In this document: in pieces, positions 24,147 to 38,435 of the stretch
How positions within the stretch are numbered: position 1 is the first letter of the stretch
How the letters are laid out: every line of letters starts with the position of its first letter
Origin: Octopus sinensis
Taxonomy: Eukaryota
Assembly (NCBI RefSeq): GCF_006345805.1
Contig: NC_042997.1
Span: 179,862,001 to 179,926,000 of the forward strand
Direction: 5' to 3'
Length of the DNA: 64,000 nt
Made by a program: the position numbers and the translations under genes
The notes under the pieces: model-generated
The model's database searches: none
What the model saw: the letters and a program-made list of their open reading frames with translations, nothing else
What the model was told of the DNA's origin: nothing

Positions 24147-25603
24147 ATTAGTTAGTTAGTTAGTTAGTTAGTTAATTTGGCTCAAAAGCAAATAGCAAGG
24201 CCATGTAGGGGGACATGGAGTTAAGTACAGGGTGGTGTTCATGTAAAGAGTTCAGGCCACTTGAGGTCAAGGGAGGCTTTGAACAAAGCGGTCGTAGGCA
24301 TCTTCACCATCTCGTCTGGCAGCTTGTTCCACGGATTCGCAACCCGGACGGAGAAAGCTCCTCTCCTTCGATTGAGATGAAATCGTCGCAGGTAGAGCTT
24401 TTCGGAATGACCCAGCAGCCGACGCTCTGGAGCAGGAGTGAAGAACAGCTCTTTCGAGAGGTTACACTTTCCGCTTATGATGTTGTAGGCGAGAATGAGA
24501 TCACCACGGCGGCGGCGTTTTTCAAGAGAATAAAGGTCGAGCGTCCTCAGCCTTTCTTCGTAGGACAAATTTTTGAGACCATGAACCATGCGGGTAGCCA
24601 GCTTCTGGACTCTTTCGAGATGCTGTATGTCTTTGAGGAGATAAGGAGAAGAGGCTTGAATCCCATACTCCAATATGGGTCTCACCAGCGTGACATAGAG
24701 TGGTAGGAATATGGCTGCTGTGAGCATTCCGAATGACCATCGAATCAAGAACAGAATTCCGCGTGCTTTGTTGGCAGCATGGACGCACTGGGCCGAAGGC
24801 GAAAAGGAGGAATCCACCAAGATACCTAGGTCCTTTACCTGATCGGTCCTCTCCAGCAGCAGACGACCCGGCTCGAAATCAAGTTGAGTTGCAGGAGTAG
24901 AGCCGACAGGCAGATGACAGCACTTTGACACGTTTAGACACAGGTCCCAATTGTTAGACCACTTCCAAATTTGGTGGAGGCATCGACGAAGATCCTCTAT
25001 ATTACCGCGAGGAGCGACCAGTTTGATATCGTTGGCAAATAGAAGGGTGTGTTGCGTGAGATCGTCGGGCAAGTCATTTATGAAGACTAAGAACAACAAG
25101 GGCCCAAGCACTGAACCTTGAGGCACGCCACTGCTCGCACTGGAGACGTCGGACCGCGAACCATTAACTTGGACTTGGAAGGAGCGATCTGAGAGGAAGG
25201 CACCAACCCATCGTACAATATCCGGATGGAAACTATATGCTTGAAGCTTGACAAGCAATAGGCGGTGGTTTACCGAGTCAAAAGCTTTGGCAAAGTCCAG
25301 TAAAACGATGTCAACAGCATCACTATCATCGAGGATGCGCGTCACTATTTCTTCCATTACTAGTAGGTTGGTCAAGCATGATCTCTTCGGCACGAAGCCG
25401 TGTTGGGAATCAGAGATAGAGGCTGTGTTTAGGAGGTGGAGCATCATACTTTTCTTAAGGATGGTTTCGAACATCTTGCTGATAATTGATGTAAGGGAAA
25501 CCGGTCGGTAGTTAAGCGGGTCTTCGCGGCTCCCTTTCTTGAAAATTGGGCAGATTATCGCTGTTCTCCAGTCTGCAGGTATAACACCCGTCGCCAATGA
25601 CAT
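24147..25603 (-). mobile_element. 5'-truncated young CR1-clade LINE with (TAAC)n tail
   Basis: Uninterrupted RT ORF, short 3' UTR, tetranucleotide tail at 24147-24174, GC content clearly higher than the flanks. Confidence 0.95.
24239..25603 (-). CDS. CR1 ORF2 reverse transcriptase domain and C-terminus (partial, catalytic motif FAND)
   Basis: NYRPVSLTS, QHGF...SCLTNLL, LDFAKAFDSVNH, SGVPQGSVLGPLLF, FANDIKL, LERVQKLATRM, RRRRGDLI, WNKLP. Confidence 0.9.
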   Translation of the reverse strand: MSLATGVIPADWRTAIICPIFKKGSREDPLNYRPVSLTSIISKMFETILKKSMMLHLLNTASISDSQHGFVPKRSCLTNLLVMEEIVTRILDDSDAVDIVLLDFAKAFDSVNHRLLLVKLQAYSFHPDIVRWVGAFLSDRSFQVQVNGSRSDVSSASSGVPQGSVLGPLLFLVFINDLPDDLTQHTLLFANDIKLVAPRGNIEDLRRCLHQIWKWSNNWDLCLNVSKCCHLPVGSTPATQLDFEPGRLLLERTDQVKDLGILVDSSFSPSAQCVHAANKARGILFLIRWSFGMLTAAIFLPLYVTLVRPILEYGIQASSPYLLKDIQHLERVQKLATRMVHGLKNLSYEERLRTLDLYSLEKRRRRGDLILAYNIISGKCNLSKELFFTPAPERRLLGHSEKLYLRRFHLNRRRGAFSVRVANPWNKLPDEMVKMPTTALFKASLDLKWPELFT

Positions 25604-26735
25604 TTTTGCTTGCAAAATTGCTTGCAAGAACGCGTCATTTCGTTTTGAAGCAATAATACTACCAAATATATTAAAGGTTTATTTGTCAATATTGTGCCTT
25701 ATTTTTGCGTTAGCAATGTAATGTTCTCATTTTAAAGTTTAACTCTATAGATGTTCTGTAGAATTCAGAGCTATCACTGAAAATTATGACGTTTTGTGTA
25801 CGTTTATATAAACAATGCGACCGAAGATAGGAAAAATAAGTGATGGGTGTATATACATATTTAAAAAATTACTGCTCTTTCATCAGCACCATATTCAACC
25901 CATTAACTATTCACAAACGCTTTGCTTAAACACCCACTACATTTCGCGTCATAACACTAGTGGAGGAGAATTTACATATTAAACACATTTCTGGTAGATG
26001 GTACGTGAATATTAATTGCCGGCGCAATATTGACTTGTAAATCATTAATATACGTGGTAGTATATTATGGCTTCAAATAAAATAATATGTCCTTCTATCA
26101 TTTACATTCATTAATACTCTCAGATGGAGAATAAATATTTATCCAGCAAAACAAAGAACAAACAGTACAGATGCATCACAACCATTATGAAGGCAAGTAA
26201 ATTTGAAAGAGAAATTTGTAGGGCTTTAGATGCAAACATAACTGATGGACTCACTAAATTGTCAAGAATAACCTGGGAATTATACAATAATCTAAGAAAA
26301 CCCATGCATAACATATGATGCTTGCTGAATCAGTATACACGAAAATACATATTCACTAATAATTTAGTGTACGTTAATAATGAGCATAATTCTTTTCAAT
26401 AGTAGCCAAATCTCCCTAAAACCACAACGAAAGAGCGAAACAAATGTCTTTAGATACTCTACACACACTACTTTTCATTGATCACTCCCACCTGCATAGC
26501 ATATTGTATACTTATGCATATACAGTATAGGAATATATAATATAATGATATCAATTCAATGTAAAACATGGTATCTTAAAGATAACATTTCGTACTAGTT
26601 TAATTACACACAAGCACACATACATAGAGGTATATATATATATGTGTGTGTGTCTGAGTGTGTTTGTGTGTGTGTATGTGTGTGTGCGCGCATGTGAGTG
26701 TAATTATATATATAATTATATATTATTTATTTATA

Positions 26736-26766
<31 letters not shown>

Positions 26767-26771
26767 ATATA

Positions 26772-26826
<55 letters not shown>

Positions 26827-27119
26827 CGCAGGAGTGGCTATGTGTTAAGAAGTTCGTTTCCCAATCACATGGCTCCTTGTTCTCTTTGTATCGTCTATCT
26901 GGATGTTTTGTTGTCCCTTTTTGTATCACCTAGTTGTCCGGATGTTTTGTGCTCTTGTCCCATTTTGTATTTTATATATATGTGTGTATATATATATATA
27001 TAAATAAATATAGGGATGGTATTATTAAAATACCATCACAAGTGGTAAGCGAATTATTAGCCGTACAGGCAAATTAATAAAATATATACATACAATGTAT
27101 ATATGTATATATATATATA

Positions 27120-27516
27120 AGAGAGAAAAGCAAAGACTGGTAACGGCTCAAAGAGCCATGGAAAGGTCAATGCTTGGTATCTCGTTGAGAGAGCACATAA
27201 GTAGCAAGATCATCAGAAAGAAGTCCGGCGTGAGACATGTCATCGCAGAGTATACACGCAGCAAGTATAGATGGGCTGGACACGTCGCCCGGCTCACCGA
27301 TAATCGCTGGACGCACGCAGTTGTCGAGTGGTACCCGCGAGAGCGGAAAAGACCACCCGTAAGACCTCCGCGACGGTGGAGTTATGATTTCAGGAGGACG
27401 ATTGGGATCACGTGGATGAGAAAGGCGCGATCCAGAGAGGAGTGGACAGCGTGCTGTGACCAGCGGTGTCAAATGGACGCCTGACGGACTGGTCGGTCAA
27501 AGTGATCAAAGTGATA
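27120..27516 (+). mobile_element. RTE-clade LINE 3' fragment
   Basis: QRAMERSMLGISL...RWAGHVARLTDNRWT..VVEWYPRERKRP..RPPRRW, followed by a short UTR with a (TCAAAGTGA)2 tail. Confidence 0.9.
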
Positions 27517-27589
27517 TATATATATATTTTGTTTGTTTGTTTTTGTTTTTCCAGTTTCAGCTCTTGAGCTGTGGCCATGCTGGGGCACC

Positions 27590-27755
27590 GCCATTGTGGT
27601 GAAAGAGTACAGCAGGGATCACCACCCCCTGCCGGAGCCTTGTAGAGCTTTTAGGTGTTTTCGCTCAATAAACACACACAACGCCCGGTCTGAGAATCGA
27701 AACCGCGATCCTGCGACCGCGAGTCCGCTGCCCTAACCACTAGGCCATTGCGCCT
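27590..27755 (-). mobile_element. SINE 5' part (same family as 9564-9875)
   Basis: Near-identical head sequence. Confidence 0.8.
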
Positions 27756-29136
27756 GTATATATATATACAAACTATATAATTTATATAACATACATATTG
27801 TAATATCTATATATGAAATATATATATAATGCATAATATGTATATATATATATATGTGCGTGTGTGTGCGTGTGTGTGCGTGCGTACGTGTGCATGTGTG
27901 TGTGCGTGTGTTTGAGCGTGTGTGCTTACGCGCGTGTTTGTGTGAGATAACTACAACGTGATTATAACACAGTTTGGTATTAAGAAACTGGTAACTGGAT
28001 ATTGTCATGTATAATTCTAGAACGGCTAGAACATTCATAAGTAGAATTATCTACAGCGTCCTTTAATTTACCCTCTTAAAATTCAACATCAACATTGGTC
28101 TGCCATTTCTTAATAGACTAATTGTTAAAAATTATCACTACCGTGTCACTATTAATAACTCCGTGTCCATACATGCATGGTCTATTTTCAGTAATATTAA
28201 TTAAATGAAAGGCTTTGATGTTCATAAAATCTTCCGTGGATCATTCTACTGACAATATTATGAGTGACAGATCGAAAACAAAATTTATTTTGATACTAAG
28301 TATTCAAAGTAATTACATTTTTACACCTTCTCCAACACAACAGACTTCTGACATATCTCTCTGTATCAGTTTCTGATCTGTTAGTGATAAACATCTTGTT
28401 AATAGTCGTGATGGTGATGATAATACTAGTAATAAGTGGTGTCTATAGTGCTTGCAATAATTATGTCTGTATTTAACGTGTATGTACTACAATCTCTTGT
28501 TAAGGGTGATCGTGTTTACAAGTTGTTTTTAATATCTTATTGTTGATTGATAATGCCAGTCGTTTGCTGATAGTTTTATATATATATTTCCAAAATGGTC
28601 TTATCGTATCTGTTGTATATGTTCACCAAATGAAATTATACTAAGCGAGGTATTTGTCGGATTTTAACGTGATAGGAGATTGATATTCGAGTCTCTTGAA
28701 AGTGATATGTGGCACAGAAACAGTATGAAGTCCTGTGTTTTATCTTAAGGAAAGTAATTAGAATTTAGGACAAATCAATGCCATAAAGAAATTCGTGGAA
28801 ATCAAAAAACAGGTGTAAATCAGACAGGTGGACTGGACTTAAGAATTAGGAAAAAATCATAGGCCAATGTTTTTAGTGTAAAGAAAATATCTTTTAATCA
28901 GATTATGTAAAATTGCCCGTAGGAAGAAGTGAGATTTTCGAAATAACGGGTTGAATTTCGGAAAATTGCCAGAAGAGTTCTTATTAACAATGTAAGGGCG
29001 TCGGTGACGTAACAAAACGGAATATCATTCAAATAAAACGGTTAGTTTAAACTACGATTCTTACTCACTCAACATATTTCACCGTTTTTTAAATTACTAC
29101 AACTTATTATTACTACTACTACTACTACTACTATTT

Positions 29137-29195
<59 letters not shown>

Positions 29196-29215
29196 GCTAC
29201 TACTACTACTACTAC

Positions 29216-29402
29216 TAAGGCGGTGAGCTGGCAGATTCACTAGTATGCTGGACGAAATCCTTAGTGGCATTTCGCCTGTCGCTACGTTCTGAGTTCCGCA
29301 GAGGTTCACTTTCATCCTTTCGGTGTCGATATATTAAGTACCAGTTGAGTATTGGGTTGATGAAATCGACTACTCTTGTGCCTATAGTAGAAATTATTAT
29401 TA

Positions 29403-29469
<67 letters not shown>

Positions 29470-29700
29470 CAGCAGCAGCAGTAAGGAGGCGAGCTGCCAG
29501 GTTCATTAGCACGCCGGGGAAAACTCTTAGTGGCATTTCATCCATCTTTATTTCCGTGTTCAAATTCTGCCGAGGTGGACTTTGCTTTTAATCCTTTGAG
29601 GGTAGATAACTTAAGTACCAGAGAAACGCTGGGGTCGATGTAATCGACTAGTCCCTCCCCACGAAAATTTGAGGTCTTGTGCCTCCAGTAGAAAAGATTA
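29216..29700 (+). mobile_element. Two SINE copies embedded in (TAC)n/(TTA)n/(TAG)n microsatellites
   Basis: taaggcggtgagctggcag... (29216) and taaggaggcgagctgccag... (29482) match the 62679 family. Confidence 0.75.
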
Positions 29701-29789
29701 TTATTCGATTTGTTTCAGGTATGTTCTTATTACTGGTAGAATTTATGTGGGTAGCAATGTTACTACTTCTAAAATTATATATCTTTCTG

Positions 29790-30300
29790 ATAAACTTTCC
29801 TCTCCGTGACGAAGAATTGGAGGAGAGCACAAGTTACAAATCCAATCGAGGTGTGGGCCCCATTTGTCTAGGAGAGACTGTATCAGCAAAAACACGATGC
29901 CTGGAAGAAGCTAAGAATAGACAGGTAGAAGGAATCCTGAGAAAAATATGAAGTTATTTGAATAGGTCAAGTTTGTTTGGGAATGCGCATGTCTTCTTGA
30001 AGAGCGAACCATTTGTGGCGAAGTACTCCATAGGGAAGTACTTCCACTCAGCATAATTTGTGAGAAAAGCCTTTTCTGTTAAGATATTAAACACTCCTTC
30101 GAGACATCAGCTGGAGTTGGCTTGTGGTGTTTTTCAGGGCACTCTACTCGATGTAAAATGAACTGAAAGGGAGATTTGGTTTGAGAGTACACAGGGAATT
30201 TTATTCCGAGTGAAACCTTAGGATGTAGAAAAGATACCTGTTATTACCTACCTGCTAGATGGAGAGAAGGGGTTGCGGGCAGGGGCCAAGGTGCCAACTG
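29790..30300 (-). mobile_element. Decayed LINE AP-endonuclease relic
   Basis: Minus strand gives RIP...LDLF-like motifs with frameshifts. Confidence 0.3.
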
Positions 30301-30461
30301 TTTGGTTCTGAATGCCATTTAAGAATTTACTGTCTGTAACAATGTACGGGTGAGAGGTATCCCTCTCACTACCTCTGTGCCTACACCATAGTCCCATTAA
30401 CAAAAGCAGCTTATAGTTGTAACAGCAACAACAGCAGTGAAGCGAACGAAATCTACTGCAA

Positions 30462-31460
<999 letters not shown>

Positions 31461-32310
31461 ACACAAATTCATAAAAGTGTGTATGGGTTATGTTAAGATA
31501 AATCTCGAAAGTTGACAAATATCACGCCCTCGGCGAAAATCAAATCAAATTTTCATGTCTGACTTGCCTTTATTGGAACCGTAAAATTGAGATAGGCAAT
31601 CGAAAACAGATTCTAGAGCAGCATAAAAATAGCAACCACATCCCACACTATCAGCAGACATTAAAATTCTAGTTCCTTTAGGTCATCTCGAGTTCTAATT
31701 ACACATCTTCCTAACTTACTGTCCTATCCCATTTATATCATTGCTCTGACTTCTTTTCCTCGATAAATATTATGATTATAAGTAGTGTCGGTGATAAATC
31801 TTGTTAGTTTCACTTTCGTTAATATCAGTTATCTTTATGGAATTTGACTGCGATGTGATTCTAATTGAACTCATGTTGATTACCACCCATCTAAAATAAG
31901 CGGCATCGTATTATTGTCATCAATCAACATTTCAGTTGTTATTGGCACTATCACAACACGAAACTTTTTCCATTCCGTTATCTATCTATAAAATCCACAA
32001 TATATATATTGCGCTATTACAATAACACAATAAGACTATATTTACACAAATACAATAACACAATCGCTAGATTTAGATTATTTATGCATTCATAGATTTA
32101 TTTATTCATTCAAAAATAGCAAATAAGTAAATAAGATCAAATCACGTCTCTTTGTTTGGGTAATCAAGTACTTTCGCTTCTATTTATATTCACATTAGAG
32201 AGAAACGAAATGTGTTACTAAATCAAAATCGAATACATTTTTTAAAGCTAATTAAAAAAATTAAACTTTATACTTTATTCTCTTTTTATTTCTATCATAC
32301 ATGTACATAT

Positions 32311-32344
<34 letters not shown>

Positions 32345-32468
32345 CATATATATGTATAAGTATATATATAAGTATGTGTATTTATATATATCTTTATATA
32401 TGTGTGTGTTTATGTATGTATACATATGTTTGTATATATATATATATCTGTATGTATATATGTGTATA

Positions 32469-32515
<47 letters not shown>

Positions 32516-34436
32516 CTTTTTTGTCTTGGGGAAAAAAGAACACTTAAGTGTGAGGAGATTGTCTTTTTGAGTGTCTGGCATCTCATTATGTGTGTAAAGT
32601 TGTTAAGATTTTGCTGTTAAAATTTGTTTCATCTTTCTTAACCAATATTAAATAAGAAGAAAATATACGCAATTTTCAATCAAAAATCAATTACTTTAAA
32701 CTATGTTTTGGTGAGTATATACGGCCATCAAACAAATGTTTTTTTCTTGCCTCTTTATTTTTCTATTTATATTTTCCTATACATGTGTGTGTGTGTGTGT
32801 AAATATATACATATATAAGCATACATACGCCTACATGTACATATACAAACACACACACACACGCATGTATATATACGAGCATATGAATATACATACACAC
32901 ATACATGTTTGTGTGTGTGTCCTGAGTTCAAATTGCGCCACGATTCATTTTATATTTCATGCTTATGCGCTCAATAAATCAAAGTACCAGTTAAATTACA
33001 ATAGGCGATTGGGAAAGGTATAGCGACCAACGTATGATAGAGGCGATATTGAATCTAAACCATTTTGCGAAAACGAAACTTGAGCGCTGCAAAATTCGAT
33101 CCTTTGTAGACTGTATTGCCTTGTGTTGGTCGATTCCAAGGAGTTTTTTTTTTTTTTTAGTTTCTAATGACTATTTACACAATTATTCATGGATTGTTCT
33201 GTGAGAGACAGGAGACTGTAATTCGTTTTAGAAATACTTGTTCACGTATTGGTCGTACAATTATTCAGGAAATAATACCACGGTCAACACCACATTTGTC
33301 ACTGAATATATCGTCCCCACCTTATGGAGTATTTGTGGCCCAATTTGAACTGCTAGTCAGTGTAGATATAAATGTCGGGACTATATGGTTGGGTGAAGTT
33401 ATGTCCGGCATGGAAGTTGTGAGGACACGTTCATAAGTCGACAGAACAATCCCCGATGAATAGTACTGAGAAAAAAAAGCTTGAAATTTGTAAAGCCATT
33501 GCAGATAGCCCAGGAACCTCCCTTGTAGTAATCACATCCACTTAAGTTTTACTTATTTGCTTATTCGTCTTCAATATATAAAAACATGTAACAGCATAAC
33601 AGCCACCATATATCTACGGAGTAACTTACCGATTAAGTAGCCTTGAGTGTACAGCTGTCGTCTTCAGGAAAAAAAATTGCCTTGACTTCATTTATAGGAC
33701 TCAGATTACAAAAAAAGTTCTGTGTGTAGCCATATGAGTCGGTGATAACGGGCATAGAGGTTAAGAAAATGTGTGTTTATATGTGTGAATGCATATGTAT
33801 ATGTGTGTGCGCGTGCGTGCGTTTGTGTGCCTGTGTGTGTGTGAGTGTGTGCATGGGTACGTGTGTCAGGGTAACAAAAACAACGAGTAGCAAACGACAA
33901 CGAATTCTCCTCACATGTTGGTTATCTCTTCATTCATTTTGTCGAGATGAGCTCCAGACAAAAGCCGTGAAGATCAGCAAATATTTACAAGAAGTGAAAA
34001 AGATTAATCCGATTTTCATCATTAGCACGCAAAAACTGCCTTTGCGTAGACAACTTGATCAAAATAGGCCGGTGCATACGAAACCATAAAGATTTTTGTA
34101 TCCAATATTTACGTCATAAAGTACTGTTTTCGCCGAATCAAATGCAATCATGTACCATAATAATGATAATAAAGGAAGTACAAATAAATTATAGTCTTAA
34201 ATTATAACGGAGAAATTTGAATGTTTTCAGAAGTAATATTCCAATTTAAATTGTAATTTGAAGGGGAATTATAAACGTAAAAAATATAATAAGTCCGTTT
34301 AATAGAGACTCCATTTGTTAAGAATTACATTTTCGAAATGAACAATATTAATTGAACAAGTTGTTATTTTACATGTAGTTATATGCACTATCGAAACACG
34401 TTGAATTTCAACGGATTATGCTAGTGGTGGTGGTCG

Positions 34437-34470
<34 letters not shown>

Positions 34471-34494
34471 TATTATTATTATTATTATTATTAA

Positions 34495-34543
<49 letters not shown>

Positions 34544-35095
34544 GAGTGAGAGAGCAGTTCATGCCATCAAAGTGACACTGGGGTAAAATATACGAAGCCC
34601 AATATACCCATCATGACTACCCGTCTGATAAAGGTACACCAGGCACATGCATCACAACCATATGTGCGCGACATGGTGATCTCATATCAAGATAAACAGC
34701 ACATGACCTTGCAGGTGGGGCCCAGTTTGAATTTTCTTCAGGTTGAGTAGCCCATCCCGCTCAAACGGTCCCCGAATAAGGGTTGTTTAAGGATGTTGAA
34801 AGAACCACCCATGTTTCCAGAGGTGAACTATTCAAACCCCAAAGCATCCCTCTCAACACATGGCTATGATGCTCCCCCACTACTTCTGCTCGTGATCAGA
34901 GATGCACATATCGTCAGCCACTAAGGGACATGCTCAACTGGTTAAGGTCAAACAACTGACAAGCAAATCTGTGGTATTGAGCAGAATATTTGCTGTAGCC
35001 CATCTTTTATACCAAGACAAAACAATGTACATGATAACACTTCCAATCAGTTAAGATCAGAAGCCATGAGAGCCACTGCCTGGTACTGCATCAGG
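34544..35095 (-). mobile_element. ~550-bp non-coding retroelement inserted in (TAA)n (R4/Dong-associated candidate)
   Basis: Sharp-edged higher-GC block flanked on both sides by (ATT)n, with no ORF. Dong elements are known to target (TAA)n; the family assignment is inference. Confidence 0.5.
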
Positions 35096-35105
35096 ATTAT
35101 TATTA

Positions 35106-35136
<31 letters not shown>

Positions 35137-35670
35137 GTGAGCTGGCAGAAACGTAAGTGCGCCAGACAATGTGGTTACCAGTATTTCGTGCGTCGGTACG
35201 CTCTGAGTTCAAATTCTGCCGAGTTCGATTTTCCTTTATATCCTTTCGCGGTCGATAAATTAAGTACCAGTGAAACACTGGGAGCGATGTAATCGACTAT
35301 CTTCGTACCCCAAATTCCAGGCCTTTCACCCTTTCAGGGAAATTAAGTAAGTACCATTTGCATACTGGGGTCGATTTAATCGACTTACTCCTTTCCCGAA
35401 ATTTCAGGCTTTGTGCCTACATTAGGAAGGGTTATTATTTTTAATGTCGTTAAGGCGACTAACTGACAGAGTCGTTAGTAAGCCGGGCAAAATTCTTAGA
35501 GGCATTTCATTCGTCTTTACAATCTGAGTTCAAATTCCGCTGGGGTCAAAACTTTGCTTTTCATTCTTTCGGGATCGAGAAAATAAGTACCAGTCGAGTA
35601 CTGAGGTCAATGTAATCGGTTTGTGCCTTCCCTAAAATTTCATGCCTAATGCCTTTAGTAGAAAGGGTCA
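35137..35670 (+). mobile_element. Two SINE copies (62679 family)
   Basis: ctgagttcaaattc(t/c)gc...tcctttcg.ggtcgataaattaagtaccag motifs. Confidence 0.7.
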
Positions 35671-37552
35671 TTGTCAATGTTAAAAACTGAGAAAATGCAC
35701 AACTGGATCTAGTAAGATTACTTAAATCATGTTGCTGTCAAGTTTATTGCCACTCAAGGGTCGTTATATATAAATACCAGCACTTCAATCTATACATCGC
35801 AACTGGTTTAAGTTCATTGGCTTAGGCTAGAGCAAGGCTCGGGATGCTTTTTTAACCGATTACCCCAAAATATATTTTATTTATGCCGACGTTATAACAT
35901 GCGACTCTTTCTACACTCTTATGGTTTGATTTCAGAGGCATTTGGTTGAAAATTTTAACCGTAGCAGTTGCAGAGATATATCCGTTGTTGGAGTTGTCCT
36001 TTGTAGGTCGATAAAACAAGTACCAGGTTTGCATTAATTTCAATAATAACGACACTAACATTAGTCTCCTTTTATTTTTTTGGCGAGAACAATCAAATAC
36101 TGGCAACAGTATCATGCAGGTGTCAGTTGTATAATTCTTATGAGTTCAAATATAACCAGTTAAGTTTCTTATTCATTATTCTTATCCGGCTGTTAATTTG
36201 ATCTCTCCACGACTCATCTAAAGCAACGAATTATCCACGTCTTTAAATAGTGAAATAGAATTTCTGTGGTGTTAATTCAGTCAATCGCTGCTCTGAGTTC
36301 AAATGTAATCGAGATCAACAAAGACCTTTTTTTTTACCTGGTCGACAAATAAAGCCTGCAATGAGATCGATTTTTCTCTGTTTCACTTCCAGAAAAAAAT
36401 AGGTTGTGCTCAGATATGGAGATGGATAGATTCTTCCAGATTTGTAATGTTAAAAGACACTATATTTCACATTAATGTCACTAGGTCTCCGTATCGAATG
36501 GAAGACTCAAAGCAAAGACACGCCTTGCATAAATATCACCTTGATCCGATTTATACAAGATAATTATTAAAACATCTATTTCAAATTTCAAGTTGCACGG
36601 TGTTTATTTTCCATTTCATAGCATATATCTTTATAATACTCTTCGTTTAACGTTGATATAGCCATGGCTGTGTACGTAATACCAACACGAAGAACATTTA
36701 TTCTCTCACATTAAATTTCAGTACGCGTCAATCAATCACATTTCGTGTGAAGTGATATAAGATACGTTGGTGATGTTAGCACTGATTGCTTATAGCGCTG
36801 TCAGTTTTAGTAGTTTTATTAATATTAGTCTTATCGCTGATGGTGGTAATGGTGATGACGATGGTAACATCAATAGTGATAATCGTTTTCCGGTGACGGT
36901 GTATTTTGGCACGTTAAATGACAGCCAACAAATGCATGAATACCGAAGCAGCTGATTTAAACGACAACTAAATAAAGATGACGTCAATATTTAGGAGATA
37001 GCTGCAGAGATGAAAGATGCTGAGATTGAGGATGATTTTCATGTCTACCTTCCCTTCTCTATAACTTAATCTCGACATCTATTTCGTAACGTATTCCTCT
37101 TTTTCCTCAAATTACTTTTATGTATAAACACACAGGTGAAATCACATACGTGGAAATATACATATTACGCTAAATCCTGTATTACATCATTTTAAAAACG
37201 TTTTTTTGAAGTATGCGTGGATTCCCTTTTTCTGTCATGCTGGAAGGTATCACTAGATTTGGTGAAACAAATGACAGAGAGAGAGATGCAGAGTGACGTG
37301 AGAGAGGAGGAGGAGGAGGTGAGAAAGAGAGAGGGCGAGTAGGAGAGTTGAGAGAAAAAGAGGGAGTAATAAACAGAAGACGAGAGAGAAACAGAGAGAC
37401 TGAGAGAGATAGACAGATAATAAGACAGTGCACGATAGTGTGTTAGGAAGAGAGATATATTTAGGTTTTAAATGCTACCTATCCGTAATATTTTCACTGA
37501 ATGAGAGTCACCAGCTACTGAAACACGCAAAATATCGTTATCTGTATGTCTG

Positions 37553-37842
<290 letters not shown>

Positions 37843-37843
<1 letters not shown>

Positions 37844-38027
37844 ACGAGGGTGGGTTACTGACTTTGAGAAAAAGAAAATACAAGAGGATCAGTTAAATAT
37901 GATTTTATTTAATATATACCCCGCTTGGATTCACACACTTATTGCAGCGGTCTTTCAATTTTTCTAAACTACTTAGAATAACTTGGAAGGCTGGGCCTCC
38001 AACCGGGCCATCCATGATACTGTAAAG
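37843..38027 (-). mobile_element. Mariner terminal fragment
   Basis: Begins TA-CGAGGG (mariner TIR start). The minus strand resembles the transposase C-terminus (RCNKCVNPSGVYIK). Confidence 0.55.
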
Positions 38028-38049
38028 TCACACACACACACACACACAT

Positions 38050-38435
38050 CTTTTATCTTCTCTCTTGTTTCGGTCAGGTGAGTGCGGGCATGCTGGAACA
38101 CCACCTTCAAGGGTTTTCTCCGAGTAAATCGACTACTTACTTTTTTAAAGCCTAATACTTATTCTATCGAACGCTGAGATGCTGGGTTGCGGAGACGTAA
38201 ACATACCAACACCGGTTGTTAAGCGGTGGTAGCGGATAAGCACAGACCACAAAGATGCATCAACATCGGTATACACACACACATACACGCACACATTTAC
38301 GACCGGCGTCTTTTAGTTTCCGTCTGCCAAATCCAGTAATAAGGTTTTTGTCAGTCCGAGGTTGTATTACAAGACATCTATCCAATTTTGCACGCAGTAG
38401 TACTGAACTCGGGACTATGTGGTTTGGAAACACGC
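38050..38435 (-). mobile_element. tRNA-derived SINE, degenerate (44734 family)
   Basis: Reverse complement has the head, the CA-repeat spacer and a GGTGTTCCAGCATG tail. Confidence 0.65.

Noticed and set aside
24215-24706. Plus-strand ORFs overlapping the CR1 RT (likewise 18878-19324 over ORF1)
   Set aside because: Antisense shadows of real TE reading frames.
34860-34925. Minus-strand CTGACGA...GAAG hammerhead-like text in the (TAA)n-inserted element
   Set aside because: It has GAAG rather than GAAA, and stems I and III do not pair.
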